64,000 bases of DNA from Balanoglossus misakiensis. Lineage: Eukaryota > Animalia > Hemichordata. Below the pieces are notes generated by a model that saw nothing but the letters and a program-made list of their open reading frames with translations, made no database searches and had not been told where the DNA came from. The DNA is taken from positions 146,208 through 210,207 of the forward strand of contig CM082594.2 of the NCBI GenBank assembly GCA_040954595.2, in the 5' to 3' direction. Both the position numbers and the translations under genes were made by a program. Below, one piece after another: positions 1 through 12,815 of the stretch; positions within the stretch are counted from its first letter, which is position 1, and every line of letters starts with the position of its first letter.

Positions 1-539
1 TCTTATTGACCCCTTTCAAGACAAAATTGCCATTTTTGCCACTTTTAACCCAAAAGGTCATTTAAAAAACACTCAAAACACACTGTTTTCATCACATTCG
101 GAGATCTGATGACATTTGAGGATTATGCGGAAACAGTGACACACCAGAATAAAAATTACAGGTGACATTTGCAAGCAGATATGATCTGACCATATAGAAA
201 TATGGAATGTAAAAACATTAACAAGGAACATGCCCAATAAACTGTCATGTGTCATGGCAGTCTTACAAGTGGTGCTAGAAAAAAAAAATGACCAAAAATT
301 GTCTGTACAAACACATATGCGAAGCAACTTCTTTCAGTCAGCCCTGGAACAGACACACACTGACCTGCCACTGGTAATTAAAATTTGATAGCTGGTGGTC
401 TCTGTAACAGCTGGCCTATTTAAGTTATGTAAACATGTCTTTGTTCGAGGTAACAACTCCTTGTAAATAGTAACTTTAAAAACAACTGGACAATTTGTTT
501 AGAAGAAGATTTGCTAACCAAAAACTAAGAAACTTACCA

Positions 540-1491
540 AAAAAACTCGCTAAATATTTAATCTTTCTGATCTCAGAACTGAATAAAAGTTGCACATATA
601 CAGGTATGTGTTATGAAATTATATCCTAAATTTCAAAGCAATCAGAGAAAAAACTAATTTCAAAGCAATCCAACAAGCAGTTTCACAGAAAATATTTGTT
701 CAAAAGTGGCAAAAACACAAATATGCAAATATCACCAAAATTGTACAATATCTTACTTCAATCACTACAAGGAACATGCTGCCTAAGTTCAATGCAATAG
801 GACAAGCGGTTTCAGAGAAAACAATTTTTGACAAAAATTGCAAAAGTTTCCCCGATAACACATTTATGCAAATATCTTTTTTTTTTACAACATATTATTT
901 AGGTTACCCCTACGAACATGCCTACCAAATTGGAAAGCAATCTGGCATGAGGTTTTAAAGAAAAACATTTTTTGACCAAAAATGGCAAATATTGCTCAAA
1001 ATTATAGATATGCAAATTTTGCAACAATTTGAACAAAACTATGGTTACTTAGACAACATTAGGAGGCTTCATACTAAATTTCAAAGACTTTTTACCAATA
1101 ACATGGAAAAATACAAAAAAATGCAAAAAAAATAGGAAATCGATAATATTAGCTCAAAACATACAGGATTGTATGAGGTTGATATAAGGTACATGCATAC
1201 CAATTTTCAAATCAATATGACCAGTGGTTGTCCAGTTTTTGAGTTTTGACCAATTTCACATTTTCCCAGCTAATTTGCATATTTTTGGCAATGACATCTT
1301 CATTTGAACAAACTCCCATCTACAGCCCTGCCTGCATCTACACGCCAAATATCGAGGTCATACGCGCTGCGGTTTTCAAGTTTTCGATGTGGACGGACAT
1401 ACAGACATACATCCATCCATCCATCCATCCATACATACAGACGTAACCAATCCCATAAGGTCCCATGGTACATACCAATGGGACCTAAAAA
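540..1491 (-). mobile_element. DINE-1/pearl-like non-autonomous Helentron (left boundary approximate; copies end near 17067 and 33099)
   Basis: Terminal hairpin AGGTCCCAT..ATGGGACCT followed by an A run, with an adjacent ACGG/ACAT/CCAT microsatellite. Confidence 0.6.
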
Positions 1492-1503
1492 CTTGTGACT
1501 TAC

Positions 1504-4500
1504 ATGTAACACATGTTTGCCCAGTGTAGCAGGTTGGACAGTTGCAGGTGTAGATTGAGCAGGAGCCTTGAAGTGGCTGATACACTCTGTTATTCAGACA
1601 TGGGTTTAGAAGACACTGGTTGATCGCTAAGGGTGAGAGAAATGAAAAGTATCACATTAGGGTCTTACACACTTGAGTGGGAAGTGAAATCTGTAGCAGA
1701 CTGTCAGAAGATTGCACATTCGTGTGATCATGTTCATGTGTGAAGGATAATGAAGACCACTTGATCCAAGCTTGGTGCTACCATCTTTATCATAATTACA
1801 GCATCTTATAATATTTACTAGTTGGGGGTGGGGTGGGGTGGGGGTAGGGGTAGTTGATGTCATAACTTTCTGATGTTTCAATTTACGGTTGGAAAAATAG
1901 CAACATCTACTCTGATGAGCATTTGAGTCAATGAAAGTATACATCATGGCTACGGTAGTGCATATAAGTCTCTTGGTTAGCTGCACAATCACAGGCAACT
2001 TTATTGAGACAATATCAATGACAAAGCCCAGCGATTTCTACTTTGTGCGGCAAATCTGACACTGGTTTGCTTACGTTCAGCGCACGTGGTTCCGATGAAA
2101 CAGCGCGAACTCTGGCATCTGAACTCGGTGCAGGACACTTGCTGGCAGAATCCACTGTTTAGACAAGGGTTGGGCTGACACGGATTCAAATCTGTGCACA
2201 GAAGAGAAAGTGATATAAATTGTGTACAGTTAATATTTACTACATATACTTTAAACAGATTTGTGCAGTCAGGGTTGAGTGGTAAAAATCTCAGTTGGTC
2301 AACAGAACATCACTGTGACAAATTTCTTCCATGTTCAACAAAAGAAACGTAATGAAATTTTGACACAGGTGTAATAGTGTCTTAGTGTACCATACGGTGC
2401 AGGTTGTTGTTTGGTCAAATACACAATCCCCTTTTATGGCACACACATTCTTAATAAATTTCCCCAAAATTGTGTCGTTATTCACTGTTTGATACAGGTT
2501 GGAAGAAACCAACTGCAAGCCGATTATGTGTTATGTTATTATGTTCCTCTTCATCTGAAATTTAAAATCACTCACATGTCTGACATAAATCGCCGGAGTA
2601 ACAGCTTGTACAGGAGCATGTGAATTCAGTACACCAATTGGGCGTCAGCACACAGTTTCCACCATTCTGACACTGGATGGGTTGACACTGGTTGACAGCT
2701 GTGGGATGTGCAGTCAAGATATTGTCAAAATTACAGAATCTACAAACTACACTCCACAGTCATGTACATGTATACATGACAACAACCAAAGGGCTGTTTT
2801 GAAAAACCAAATGCTGTGAAATCCTTTAGAGTGTGACAAGAAACCACAGTTGCAACCGAAAACAAAAATAGTGATAACATTAAGCTAGCCCAAAGTTTGA
2901 GTTACCAGGGCTTTAATATGTGTACCGTACTTATATTATATAATACATAACAAGTGTTTTGCATTGAATAAAATAATATTGGTTTGTACTTACGCATTGT
3001 ACATGTGGCACCAGTGAAGCATTCGGTACACATACAGTCAAACAGGAAACAGCCGTCTCGCGCAACGCATGTGCCACCATTTTGACAAGGCATAGAGTAT
3101 AACTGATCATTGGCTGCCAAAACAAAAATGAAAGTATCAATTACCTGCTTGTCAAAAACTTGTACATGTACTTGTGATGTTCATTTCGTTTAAATATGTG
3201 AGCAATGTCTTCATTCCTTGTTTCAAACCTGTACATTTAAAATAACATAATGATGCTATTGCTAGGATTTTTCTGTAAGAATCTTGAAAAATTAAAAAAT
3301 GTACCGTCAACATGATACAGAAGGCTTTCCTTTTTAACGTGCACCTCACACTCAATTTTGACCCTACATCAGCAAATTTTGAAAGGATGAAACTTAGTAA
3401 TGCTTCCACCCCATTTATTGGTGTATGGGTCCATCTATCACATTGAGAATACCAAAAATGAGGGTTTATATACCACGCTGTGTCATAAAACAGTAATTCG
3501 ACACACCTACGGCACAGGTGGCCCCAGTCCAACACTACTGGCAGTAACAGGTGTAGTCAGTATAAGAATTTGGTGTTTGGGAACAATAGCCTCCATTTTG
3601 ACACGGATTCTGATCACATGGGTTAATGACTATCAGAAAAAAAATAGTTTAAAAAACATGAAATGCAGATGGCTACACCTCAACCAAAGATGATTCCTGC
3701 ACCACAACAAAATCCTTTGACACAAGCATTATACTGGAACCATACCCAGAACACGCATTAAGTATATGATGAAGGGACAATGTCTCTATTTTGGGTAATA
3801 CAGTAAAACCTGTCTTTATGGACACCTCTCTAATCAGAACACCTAGTAAGATTGATTTTTCAAGCCAAATAGTAAGGATAATTAAGGATGTCTCTTTTAC
3901 TTAATACTCAGATGTGTGCACCACCTTAGGAGAGATTACCTCATATGCACAATTATCTCTACAGACACTAGTCTTCAAGAGGCAACTCTTGTATATTTGA
4001 GTGATGAAAACATCCAGCTTCGTACACTTCCTCACAAGTTCGTGCCTATCCTAAATTGCACGGACATACAAATGAAATTTCTGTTTTCTTTTCTCTTGTG
4101 GAAATTTTAGAAATGAGAAGTTACCACACAATTCAATTGCCATGAAGAGAAAGTGCCCAAAAGATTGTCATTTACGGTACGTCAGAAACTTACATATTTC
4201 ACAACGGTTACCCTCATAGCAACCAGTACAGGCACAGGTATATGCCGTGCAGGAGTTGGCCACTGCATTACATACAGCCCCGTTGAGACAGCTGTTTCGT
4301 TGGCATGGATCTTGGACTGCAATAAAAAGTGCAACCTAATGTTATCTCAGCAATATTTACTTTCAAAATCTGTTTGATAAAAACATCATCATTACCATTA
4401 CTGTAAATACTGAACGGAACTTCACTTCCAAAAACAACTTGCTCATTCTGGGACGCACTTGTGGGGCTATGAAAATCTCTGTATATGTATCTTGTGTAGG

Positions 4501-7500
4501 GAAAATTTTCATGAACGATCAACATTTTTTTCTTCAAATAAACATGTTTTCTTTCAGTTGTACATCATTTTTGAGGTGAACGATTCCCAAGGCCCAAGGT
4601 GTGATGCTGAAGATGAAAATATAAAGTATGACCAACAGACAATGTATTGAGACATGATTGTAAATGTTAGTTCCTGCATGACAAAATGTTTGTTTTAATG
4701 AGTTTTACACTGGCTGCAGTGTGTGCCGGTGAAACATCCTGGACAAGTACACTCATAAGTTGTACACGACAGCCGAGTACACTGCCCATTGTTCAGGCAT
4801 GGACTTGGCCTACATGGAGTTTGTTCTGTTTCAATGGAATGAAAATAAATAAATAGTAGTGACATAAGTTTTTAGGGTATGACCATTTCCTTAATTCCTA
4901 CAGCTGTGGTTCTATCGGGTTCTCCTATAACTAAGCCTCCTTAATGTATAACTGAACAATAAGAATTACTTATTATACTTTTGGGAGTTTAGGACTTAGT
5001 AATTGCAAAAAAGACTCAATTCCTGAAAGTGCCTATTTGGTTTGTCACATCCTAAATATACAGGTAATTTCATAGCTGCCAGCTATGACAAATATACCGG
5101 TATGAGGGGGGAAAAACAGTTCCTCGTCTGATAAATTTACCTTGGTCACAGGTGATTCCAATGATACAGCCTTGACAGCGACAGGTAAACGCACTGCACG
5201 ATCCACTGATTGGCTCACAGATACCGTTGTTCATGCACGGATTGGGAGAACATTGATCGAGTCCTGGGGGTTGCATGTAAATCAACCAACAATTGCATAT
5301 TAACATCACAAGTCATTTCACTATTTTTTCATTCCAAACTTAAAAGATTGCTTGTAACTTGCTGAACAAATATTCATATGGACAGACTATTCTAGCTTGG
5401 AACAGGCAAAATCAAGGGTGCCCTGACGCCCAACTTTTAAGAGCAGTTCATTTACTGAAACTGCCAGCACCCAATATTATCCCACATGTAATCAATATGT
5501 GGAAATCAAATACATCTGTAACAGTTTTAATTTACCATGTGGGTATTTGCATGGAGGGCCATGGTATTTGTACCTACTGATAAAATACCCTTCAAAACAA
5601 TATCCTCATTTCTTCAGAAGTTTTGCAACAAGACCAATAAAGTTTCACATCAAAATTTACAATGTATAAATAAGCTTAAAAGATCTACGGAATGAAGATG
5701 GCTTGTTTGTTTGCAGGGTGTCTTGAAAGTATATACTCACTTGTTTGACCATGGACCCTAGAGAAAGAAGGACGCGCAACTCCAGTTTTTTCTTGAAATG
5801 ATGTTCTTTTGCATACATTATTTCCAGATAAATCCCAATAATCCAATTTGCAAATTAACTGTGTATAAACTAACGCAAAGTCTCGTGTTTTGTGTGAAGT
5901 TATCACAACACCTCAGAACATCTCGCAGAAGACGAGAAAACTGCAACGTGGTTGAACGCAGCGATTATTTATGGAACACATCTGGACAAGTTAAACAGGA
6001 ATTTGAATCTGAGTCTGACAGCGTCCAAAACAAGCATCTTTTGTCTAACAGTCCGGGTATTTCACAAGGCTGTGAGCTAACCGTACCGGGGGTTGCCTGG
6101 CGGCCATAGCGCACACATGATAATCCACCCAGTTTGTTTACAAATTGTTTTCATGAAATCTGTTTTATTGTTCACGCACTGCGAAATAAAATGCCCCTAA
6201 ACCACAATTTTTATTTCAATGCTTCACGCAAACATAAAATTATTACGAAAAGTGTCAGCGTTACTAAGAAATATGAGTGCCCAGTCGGACATGCAAAAAA
6301 CATGGATGATTTGTTTACAATTTTTAAATGAAGCTTGTGGCACTAGAAATGACCATTCAACCGACAGACGAACACCAAACCATAATAATTAGCACAGACA
6401 TCGTAATACTTTTAGAATTTTAGAAAAAAACGCAGTGGCTGCTGAAATGCAGTAGTGCCAGTTTGGTGGCAAGTTTTCGCATCACTGGTGGGGTCGACAC
6501 GTGCCGAAGTAAGGAAGTCATTGTCCGACTGTCCTGGGTGTTAATTATATACAAAAAAAAACATCATCATACAGATAATCCCCAAACCCTTTGATCTTTG
6601 CCGCAGTTGCTCGCCCTTCTTTCTCTAGGGTCTATGGTTTGACAGATGTCACCTGTGTAAGAGTTCACACACTGGCATGAATAGAAATTGCACGATGTTT
6701 GCTGGCAAAATCCACCATTCATACATGGGTTGGGATCACAGGGGTTTTGCACTGGAAATTAAGAAAGGACGCCATTTTATTCCTTGCTACTCATTCTACA
6801 GTACAGATATGGCAAAAACCTTGCAGAATTATGGCAAGGGTGTGTGGAGTGATTGTGCCTACAACTTATATTAGGCTGGTATCAAGTTGTTCACACCTCC
6901 ATAGATCACGTGGCAGTGACTGTGAGGCAAGGGCTTCCCTTCATGAAATCAAAGACCTGTGTACTGGAGGAGGGTTCCTTGCAAATGCTTGACTTGACTT
7001 CAAGCACACCTGTAGACTCATATGTAAATTTACACTATCTGGCCTGGAGTGAGAATTTCCATAGTGGATGTGTGTTGACAAAAGGCAGTAAAATTGGCCA
7101 GTCGCGCATAATGTTTCTTGAACCAAGACAATCAAGACATTATGCGCCACGAAAGTGATTTTGATTGGAAAGAGTGTAATCTTACATTCGATGTCAAGAA
7201 CTCTCCAAGCTCTGCTGTGGTGATGGCTACACCTATGCTCAGGAAACATGCAGTATTTGAATGAGACTGCGCTGTATACTTACATATCTCACACCTATCA
7301 CCTTTGTAGCAACCAGTACATATGCAGGTGAGATCAAAGCAGGAATTTCGAGCCGGTTGACAGAAGCCACCATTCTGGCACGGATTTGGTTGACACTGGT
7401 TGAGTCCTGCAAGGAAAAGGGTCAAATTTTCCATGATCATCAGGGGTGAGTTTCCTACAAAAATTGTGATGTGACAAACCGACAAATTAGCATATTAGCA

Positions 7501-7779
7501 TAATCAGAATAAATAAAAAAAATGCACAGGTAGTTTAAAGAACAAAAACTTTCGAAACGGAATAGAGCTAAGCTGCTATTCCTTTCTATTTTTGTGTTTG
7601 TACAACATCAGTGAAGTTTAAATCATAATAAAAAAATGATAATTATCATTATTAACTGCTACAGATTCAAACTTACTTGTCTCACAACTGGTTCCCTAGT
7701 AACACTCTGTGCACATGCAAATTGTGGCAGTACAAGAATTTACCTGTTGTTGGCAGGTACCTCCATTGAGACAAGGACT
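1504..7779 (-). pseudogene. Array of single-domain EGF-like exons (8-Cys variant), copy 1. Exons: 1504-1626, 2075-2191, 2576-2698, 2994-3113, 3507-3629, 4194-4316, 4709-4825, 5141-5263, 5741-6751 (split by a MITE), 7284-7406, 7677-7779 (truncated)
   Basis: Exons of 117/120/123 bp with AG..GT borders, all phase 1, e.g. GLNQCQPNPCQNGGFCQPARNSCFDLTCICTGCYKGDRCEI. In-frame TAG in exons 3507-3629 and 7677-7779; lost cysteines in several others. Confidence 0.9.
5750..6636. mobile_element. P-element-like MITE inserted in an EGF exon (copy 2 at 21327-22213; only the right end survives in copy 3, ending near 36853)
   Basis: TIR CATGGACCCTAGAGAAAGAAGG / CCTTCTTTCTCTAGGGTCTATG; 7-bp TSD GTTTGAC at 5743-5749 and 6637-6643. 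The superfamily is inferred from the termini and TSD length. Confidence 0.85.
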
Positions 7780-7828
7780 TCATAAGTTGTCTGAAAACAC
7801 CAGTTTGCCCAATTTTCAATAATGTATA

Positions 7829-8495
7829 GGAATACATGAGAAGTCGGCCAGATTAGAAGTCGGCCAGTTCGCGCGCATGAGAAGTCGGCCAGTATGAGAA
7901 GTCGGCCAGTTGTTGAACTTGTACCCGAATAGTGCAGTAATGACCCAGATTACTTATAACAACACTTAATAAAATATAATTGCACTAAATATTTTCATTT
8001 GGACGGATTTCCCAAATTCTTGACAACACAATGGCGTCATTTCAAATAATGGCGTCTGGCATCCGTACCAGTTCCCCAGCCCCGTATCCGCGTAAGGAGC
8101 TTAGGTTGTTCGCCAAATTCCTGTGACATTTCTGATTAAAGGGAGTTGTTTCAAAGCCTACTAAAATACATAGAAGATGTATGTGTATATTCATACTTTC
8201 TGAGACAACACCAAACAAACAAACAAACAAACGTGACAAGGAACAGACTACTGGCGCAGCTCAAGAAGTGCAGGTGACTGATGTTGACGTACCCCGGTGA
8301 CGTACATGAAAAGTGAACAGACAGTTTTAAAATTCATCGGCTATTTGTACAAATATCTCAGCTCCTGTACATCAAGGAAACATTTCGTAGTGAAACAGTT
8401 ATATATAACACAAAGTACCAGGGTTCTCTCCCACAGGCCGACTTCTCGTACTGGCCGAGACCGACTTCTCATACTGGTTGACTTCTCAGGACACC
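7829..8495. mobile_element. Non-autonomous DNA transposon with arrayed inverted subterminal motifs (copies 23407-24073 and 47283-48285)
   Basis: Four (G)AGAAGTCGGCCAG motifs at the left end and their inverse at the right end; GG..CC termini; flanking direct repeat ATGTATA at 7822-7828 and 8496-8502. Confidence 0.75.
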
Positions 8496-9354
8496 ATGTA
8501 TAGCTAGCTGTTGAACTCAAAAAATATGTAAAACTACAAGTGATGTAAACAACTTGTGGAACCATGTTCAAATCGAGACAAGAAGAAAAGGGGTTTCAAG
8601 ACTTACCTCCTTCAGCACTTTACTGCCCTGTAGCGCACTGTGTGACACTTGTAGTTGTGCATTCATAACCAGAAGGACGTGGCCGAACCTAGCGAGTATG
8701 AACCTATCACAGAAAAAATTCAAAGAACGATTTTTACCACCATGGTTTGGTCCAACGATCCCTTATTAGAGAGATGTCCGTAATCACAGGTTTTACTGTA
8801 CAATACCTCTTCAGTGGAATCATTGTGTTTTTCAAAGTGCATCACAATATCAACTCCAATAAGCATAACAGTTTAATTTTCTGTGTATGCCATGCTATAA
8901 CACAGGGAAGTCACAAGAGTGATTTGCAGCCCAACTTACCAGTAACTGTTGAACAATCCACTACGGGTGACATGGTTGGACACTTGGATCCCGCTGGACA
9001 AGGCGTGCATGTGCCGTCGCCTTCCATAGCATATTCACCATTGCCACAGTCGAGCGGATCTTACATTGGATCTGAACACGATTGTCCAGCAGGGCACAGA
9101 AGACAGGATGTGCGTGCAGGCTCCTCACTTATTTCATCTGATTAAAGAAAATGAGGTTTTTAGTGATGTATTTGTGATACAGTGTCATTTAAAATAACAA
9201 ATTACTTGAGATGATTCACTTCATAATTCTGAGACAAGTATACAGGCATGTAGAAAATTCTTTGGAGGACATTAAACGTCATTTCTAATCAACCATGTTC
9301 TGAATATCATAAGACTCTGCGAGATCTCACATGGCTAACCGGGTCTCGCAAGAT

Positions 9355-9472
9355 CTCGCACTGAGTTGATAATCTGTTGTAAACACATACATACATACAC
9401 ACACACACATACCCCCAGTCGCACTGACTTGAAAATCTGTTGTAAACACATACATGCATACACACATACCCC
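9355..9472 (+). repeat. Two-copy tandem repeat of about 60 bp with a CA/ACAT microsatellite
   Basis: CGCACTGA..AATCTGTTGTAAACACATAC occurs twice; microsatellite length varies between copies. Confidence 0.7.
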
Positions 9473-10460
9473 TCAGTTTCATCACACAGCAAACTGAACA
9501 AGTACCACAATCTTACCATTTGTACATCTGGTACAGTTTGTTGCACCAGCCAATGACACGTAACCCTTGGTACACTTGAATTGCGATGCACTGGGATCTA
9601 TGCAGGCGTACCCTTGCTCACAAATAGTACAATGTTCAGCACCAGCTGATCTGTAAATCAAACAGAGAATTTACACACCAAGTTAACCTTTGAATACCAC
9701 TGTAAAAATTTGGTGCAAATTTTAATTATTTTCATAAATAGAGGTCTATTCAAATTTGGAAAAATTGTCATTTTTTCATTCATATATTATATCAGTAAAT
9801 TTTAAATACAGAAATAGAAAATGATCCCATCCTATTTTTCAGTTAGTAAATTACCTGACCTAATGTTTGATGTTGGAAATAAAGGTGGGTGGGTAGAAGT
9901 TTACCTGTTATGCAAGAGGTACAGCGAGACATCCTTTGTCCAAGGCCGAACTGTAATAACCAGCCGAGCATAAAATCACAGTGTTACCATTTGGACATTG
10001 GTTACCAGCTGGGCAATCAGCACATGATGTTTGTGCTGAAAATAAACAGAGATTTATAGAATCTTATAGTCACAGTCATACCTTCAAAGACGTGGGATTC
10101 TCACGCGGGTTGGGGAGACAAAAATCCCTGGCAAAAGATTGAGGACAGGAAAATGCCAATCCAGAGATATTGGTAACAGAAACTGTGTACAGTCAATGCC
10201 ATACGGCAGTGTGCTGTTCTAACAACAGACAAGATCGTGACGATCATAGTCTGTGTCGGAGATTTGGAAAAGAGCAAATTTGGTGAAAAGACGGGACAAA
10301 ACAAAAGTCTACTTATACGATGCACATGAAAACTGGATGAAAGCGAAGCAGTCCACTATTTGAATGCATTGGATGTAAAATTGGCAGAATATTTGGACTG
10401 GACGTAATGTTTGTACGCACAGAATTACGTACATGCACATAAGATGATCGTCCGCCTTAA

Positions 10461-10966
10461 AGGCACGTAAGCTGCAACTGGATAAAAAAATTAAAGTTTT
10501 AAATAATCTCATATATGCTTTTAATTATGTCTATTAAATGATATTTCATGATAATATATCAAGCTCAACACTTATTTATGACACAATGGCCAAAAATTAA
10601 AGAAAAAACGAAAATTCCTGCAATTTAAAAAAAAGTGCAATATTGCAATGAAAAATGGAAATCTGATGTCTCAGTGGTGTACATTTACTTCCATGAGCTC
10701 AAGTGGATGAGATCATGTTTTGTTTATGAAGTTTCACAACCGGAAATGCAACATTTTCATTGTTTCTTGCATTTTCCCAGGGTGGCGGCCATAATCGCTT
10801 GCGGCAAAGCTTTATTATTTATCTGGTTAAAACTTGCATATGCACTCATATTTAGGGTTTATAATGCTTGTGTATAGTTCACTGCCTTCATCTGCATGGA
10901 CTAATGGTAGTGCAGTTTTAAACAAATATTATGAAAATTATCCCAAAAGTTACAGCTTACGTGCCT
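10461..10966. mobile_element. Kolobok-like MITE (copy 2 at 26038-26543; absent from copy 3)
   Basis: TTAA TSD; TIR AGGCACGTAAGCTGCAACT / AGTTACAGCTTACGTGCCT; empty TTAA site at 50938-50941. Confidence 0.88.
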
Positions 10967-11314
10967 TTAAGTGAAAGATTACACAGTAATGCCCAAACTT
11001 TAAGTGCTGACTCACCATCTATATTAGTGTAGTATCCATCTTCACACACCTCTGGCTCCGACATACCATCATATTGGCACTTATACCCGGGGCAGGACAA
11101 GGCGTACAGTCTATACTTCCATTGTTGGCAAAATATCCCAGTCCGCATTGTGTTGGTGATGAGAGGCTGGCTGTTCCACACATGAAACCCCTGGACACAG
11201 CGTGCATGCTTCAGAACATGCTGAACTTTAACTTCCAGCTGCGCAGTCCTGTAGGAGTGAAGACGTCAAATATTAAGGAGGTTTAGGAGCCCTCTAGCCA
11301 GCAAACTTCATCAA

Positions 11315-11731
11315 GGATGTACGTGCAGAACATAAACCGGAAACACTGCGTGTCCGGTCTTTTTCCCATAGGATTACATTGATAATCGCCAGAAAACAAA
11401 CTTCTACTATTGTTATTTTCTCGAAATTTTACACATAGCTCAGTCCAGCAAATATAAATTCATTGGTCAAATAAAATATAGGGGTCACCGCGCTCTTTTT
11501 TGAGATAAATTGCATTAAGAATTTTGGCCATAGACAAACAAACCATTGGTGAAAAATGCTGAGTCAGCAGATTTCTTCTATTATCGACCAATTTCATGGC
11601 TCTGTATTTCAAAAACAAGCGCGGTGACCCCTATATTTTATTACGGATTTTCATTATACATACAAAAGAGAATAAAAAAATCCACAATTAAAAAAAATGA
11701 CAATACTTTCAATTTTATTGAACGTACATCC
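11315..11731. mobile_element. Older Kolobok-like MITE shared by all three copies
   Basis: TCAA|GGATGTACGT ... ACGTACATCC|TTAA; internal inverted repeat AAAATATAGGGGTCACCGCGCT. Confidence 0.65.
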
Positions 11732-11954
11732 TTAATGTTACTTAGGTAGTGGAGCACCAAAACCCAAATTTTCATATCGATTGTGTATTTTGTGATAAAA
11801 GCACCAAACTTGGCTCAGATGTGTGTTAATGTGTACTGAACAAATTCAGATAGCGAGTCACTAAATATCTGTTGAAGAGTTTCCATGGCAACCAATTTTT
11901 TTTCAAAATGGCCGCAAATACAGATAATCACACCTGTTAAACATCAAAATAAAT

Positions 11955-12815
11955 TCACTACAAGAACCACTGCAGTCAGCGTACCGAAAGGATCACAGTA
12001 CCGAAACAGCACTTACTAAAGTCAACAACGATATTTGTATGGCACTGGATGCCGGTAAATGTGTACTCATGGTTCTCCTCGATCTCTCCTCTGTGTTTGA
12101 TACCATAGATCACGACACAATCATCTCAAGGTTATCAAAACTGGGCATCACCAACATCGCACTACAATGGTTCTCATCATATCTTAAGAACAGACAGCAG
12201 TTTGTATGGCACAATGTCAGAACCTCAATATTTACAATATGGAGTACCACACGGTTCAGTGCTTGGCCCACTTTTGTTCTGCAGCTACATCCAACCACTT
12301 GCTCAACTTATTTGTCACCACAACATCAATTTTCACCAATATGCCGATGACAACCAACTATACCAATATTTCTTCCAGTTAGACACCATAAGTACATTAG
12401 ACAAGATGGAAAGGGCAGTTCACGAAATAAAAACCTGGATGACACATAATAAACTTCAACTAAATGGTGGCAAACCCGAGGTACTCCTGATAAGGTCTCA
12501 GTTCAACCGCTCGCCTCGTCCCATAAACCACATGAGCATTGGATCATGTTGTGTTCAAATTGTGAATTCTGCACGGAATATAGGTGTGACATTCGACGAC
12601 AATTACACTTTCAATAAGCACATTAATGCAATTTGCAAGTCAATTTTCTTCCATCTGCGTCAAATCAGCCACATTCGCCGTTACCTCACTAAGGAAGTTT
12701 GCCAGATGCTGGTTCATGCTCTAATCACATCAAAACTGGACTACTGCAATGCAATACTCTGTGGTTTACCATCATCATGCATTCAACCGCTACAGCATGC
12801 CCTGAATTCTGCAGC
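11955..12815 (+). mobile_element. L2/CR1-group LINE reverse transcriptase fragment, copy 1
   Basis: [40 protein letters not shown] and YADD motifs; frameshifted. Confidence 0.92.

Larger units (their letters stand above)
8607..11248 (-). pseudogene. Cys-rich CPAGxYC (GCC2/GCC3, ephrin-receptor-like repeat) exons, copy 1: 8607-8703, 8940-9137, 9517-9650, 9905-10035, 11016-11248
   Basis: Manual translations SCLLCPAGQSCSDPM*DPLDCGNGEYAMEGDGTCTPCPAGSKCP, HCTICEQGYACIDPSASQFKCTKGYVSLAGATNCTRC and SCADCPAGNQCPNG; canonical splice sites; stops and frameshifts present. Confidence 0.82.

Noticed and set aside
1823-1851. G-run tract (GGGGT)n, a potential G-quadruplex
   Set aside because: An intronic simple repeat with no evidence of function.
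1504-7406. Naming the gene Notch, fibropellin, crumbs or SVEP1
   Set aside because: No diagnostic non-repeat domains are visible and the cysteine pattern differs, so no gene symbol is justified.
7836-7912. Short repeated motif GAGAAGTCGGCCAG resembling a CRISPR array
   Set aside because: Repeats are 13-14 bp with 2-11 bp gaps, are mirrored at 8435-8488 as a transposon end, have no cas genes nearby, and sit in eukaryotic DNA.
3801-8798. Inverted TA|CAGTAAAACCTGT ends 5 kb apart enclosing EGF exons (possible Pack-type transposon)
   Set aside because: The exon series continues on both sides, and the ends are much further apart in copy 3. Two independent Tc1/pogo-like MITE remnants explain it more simply.
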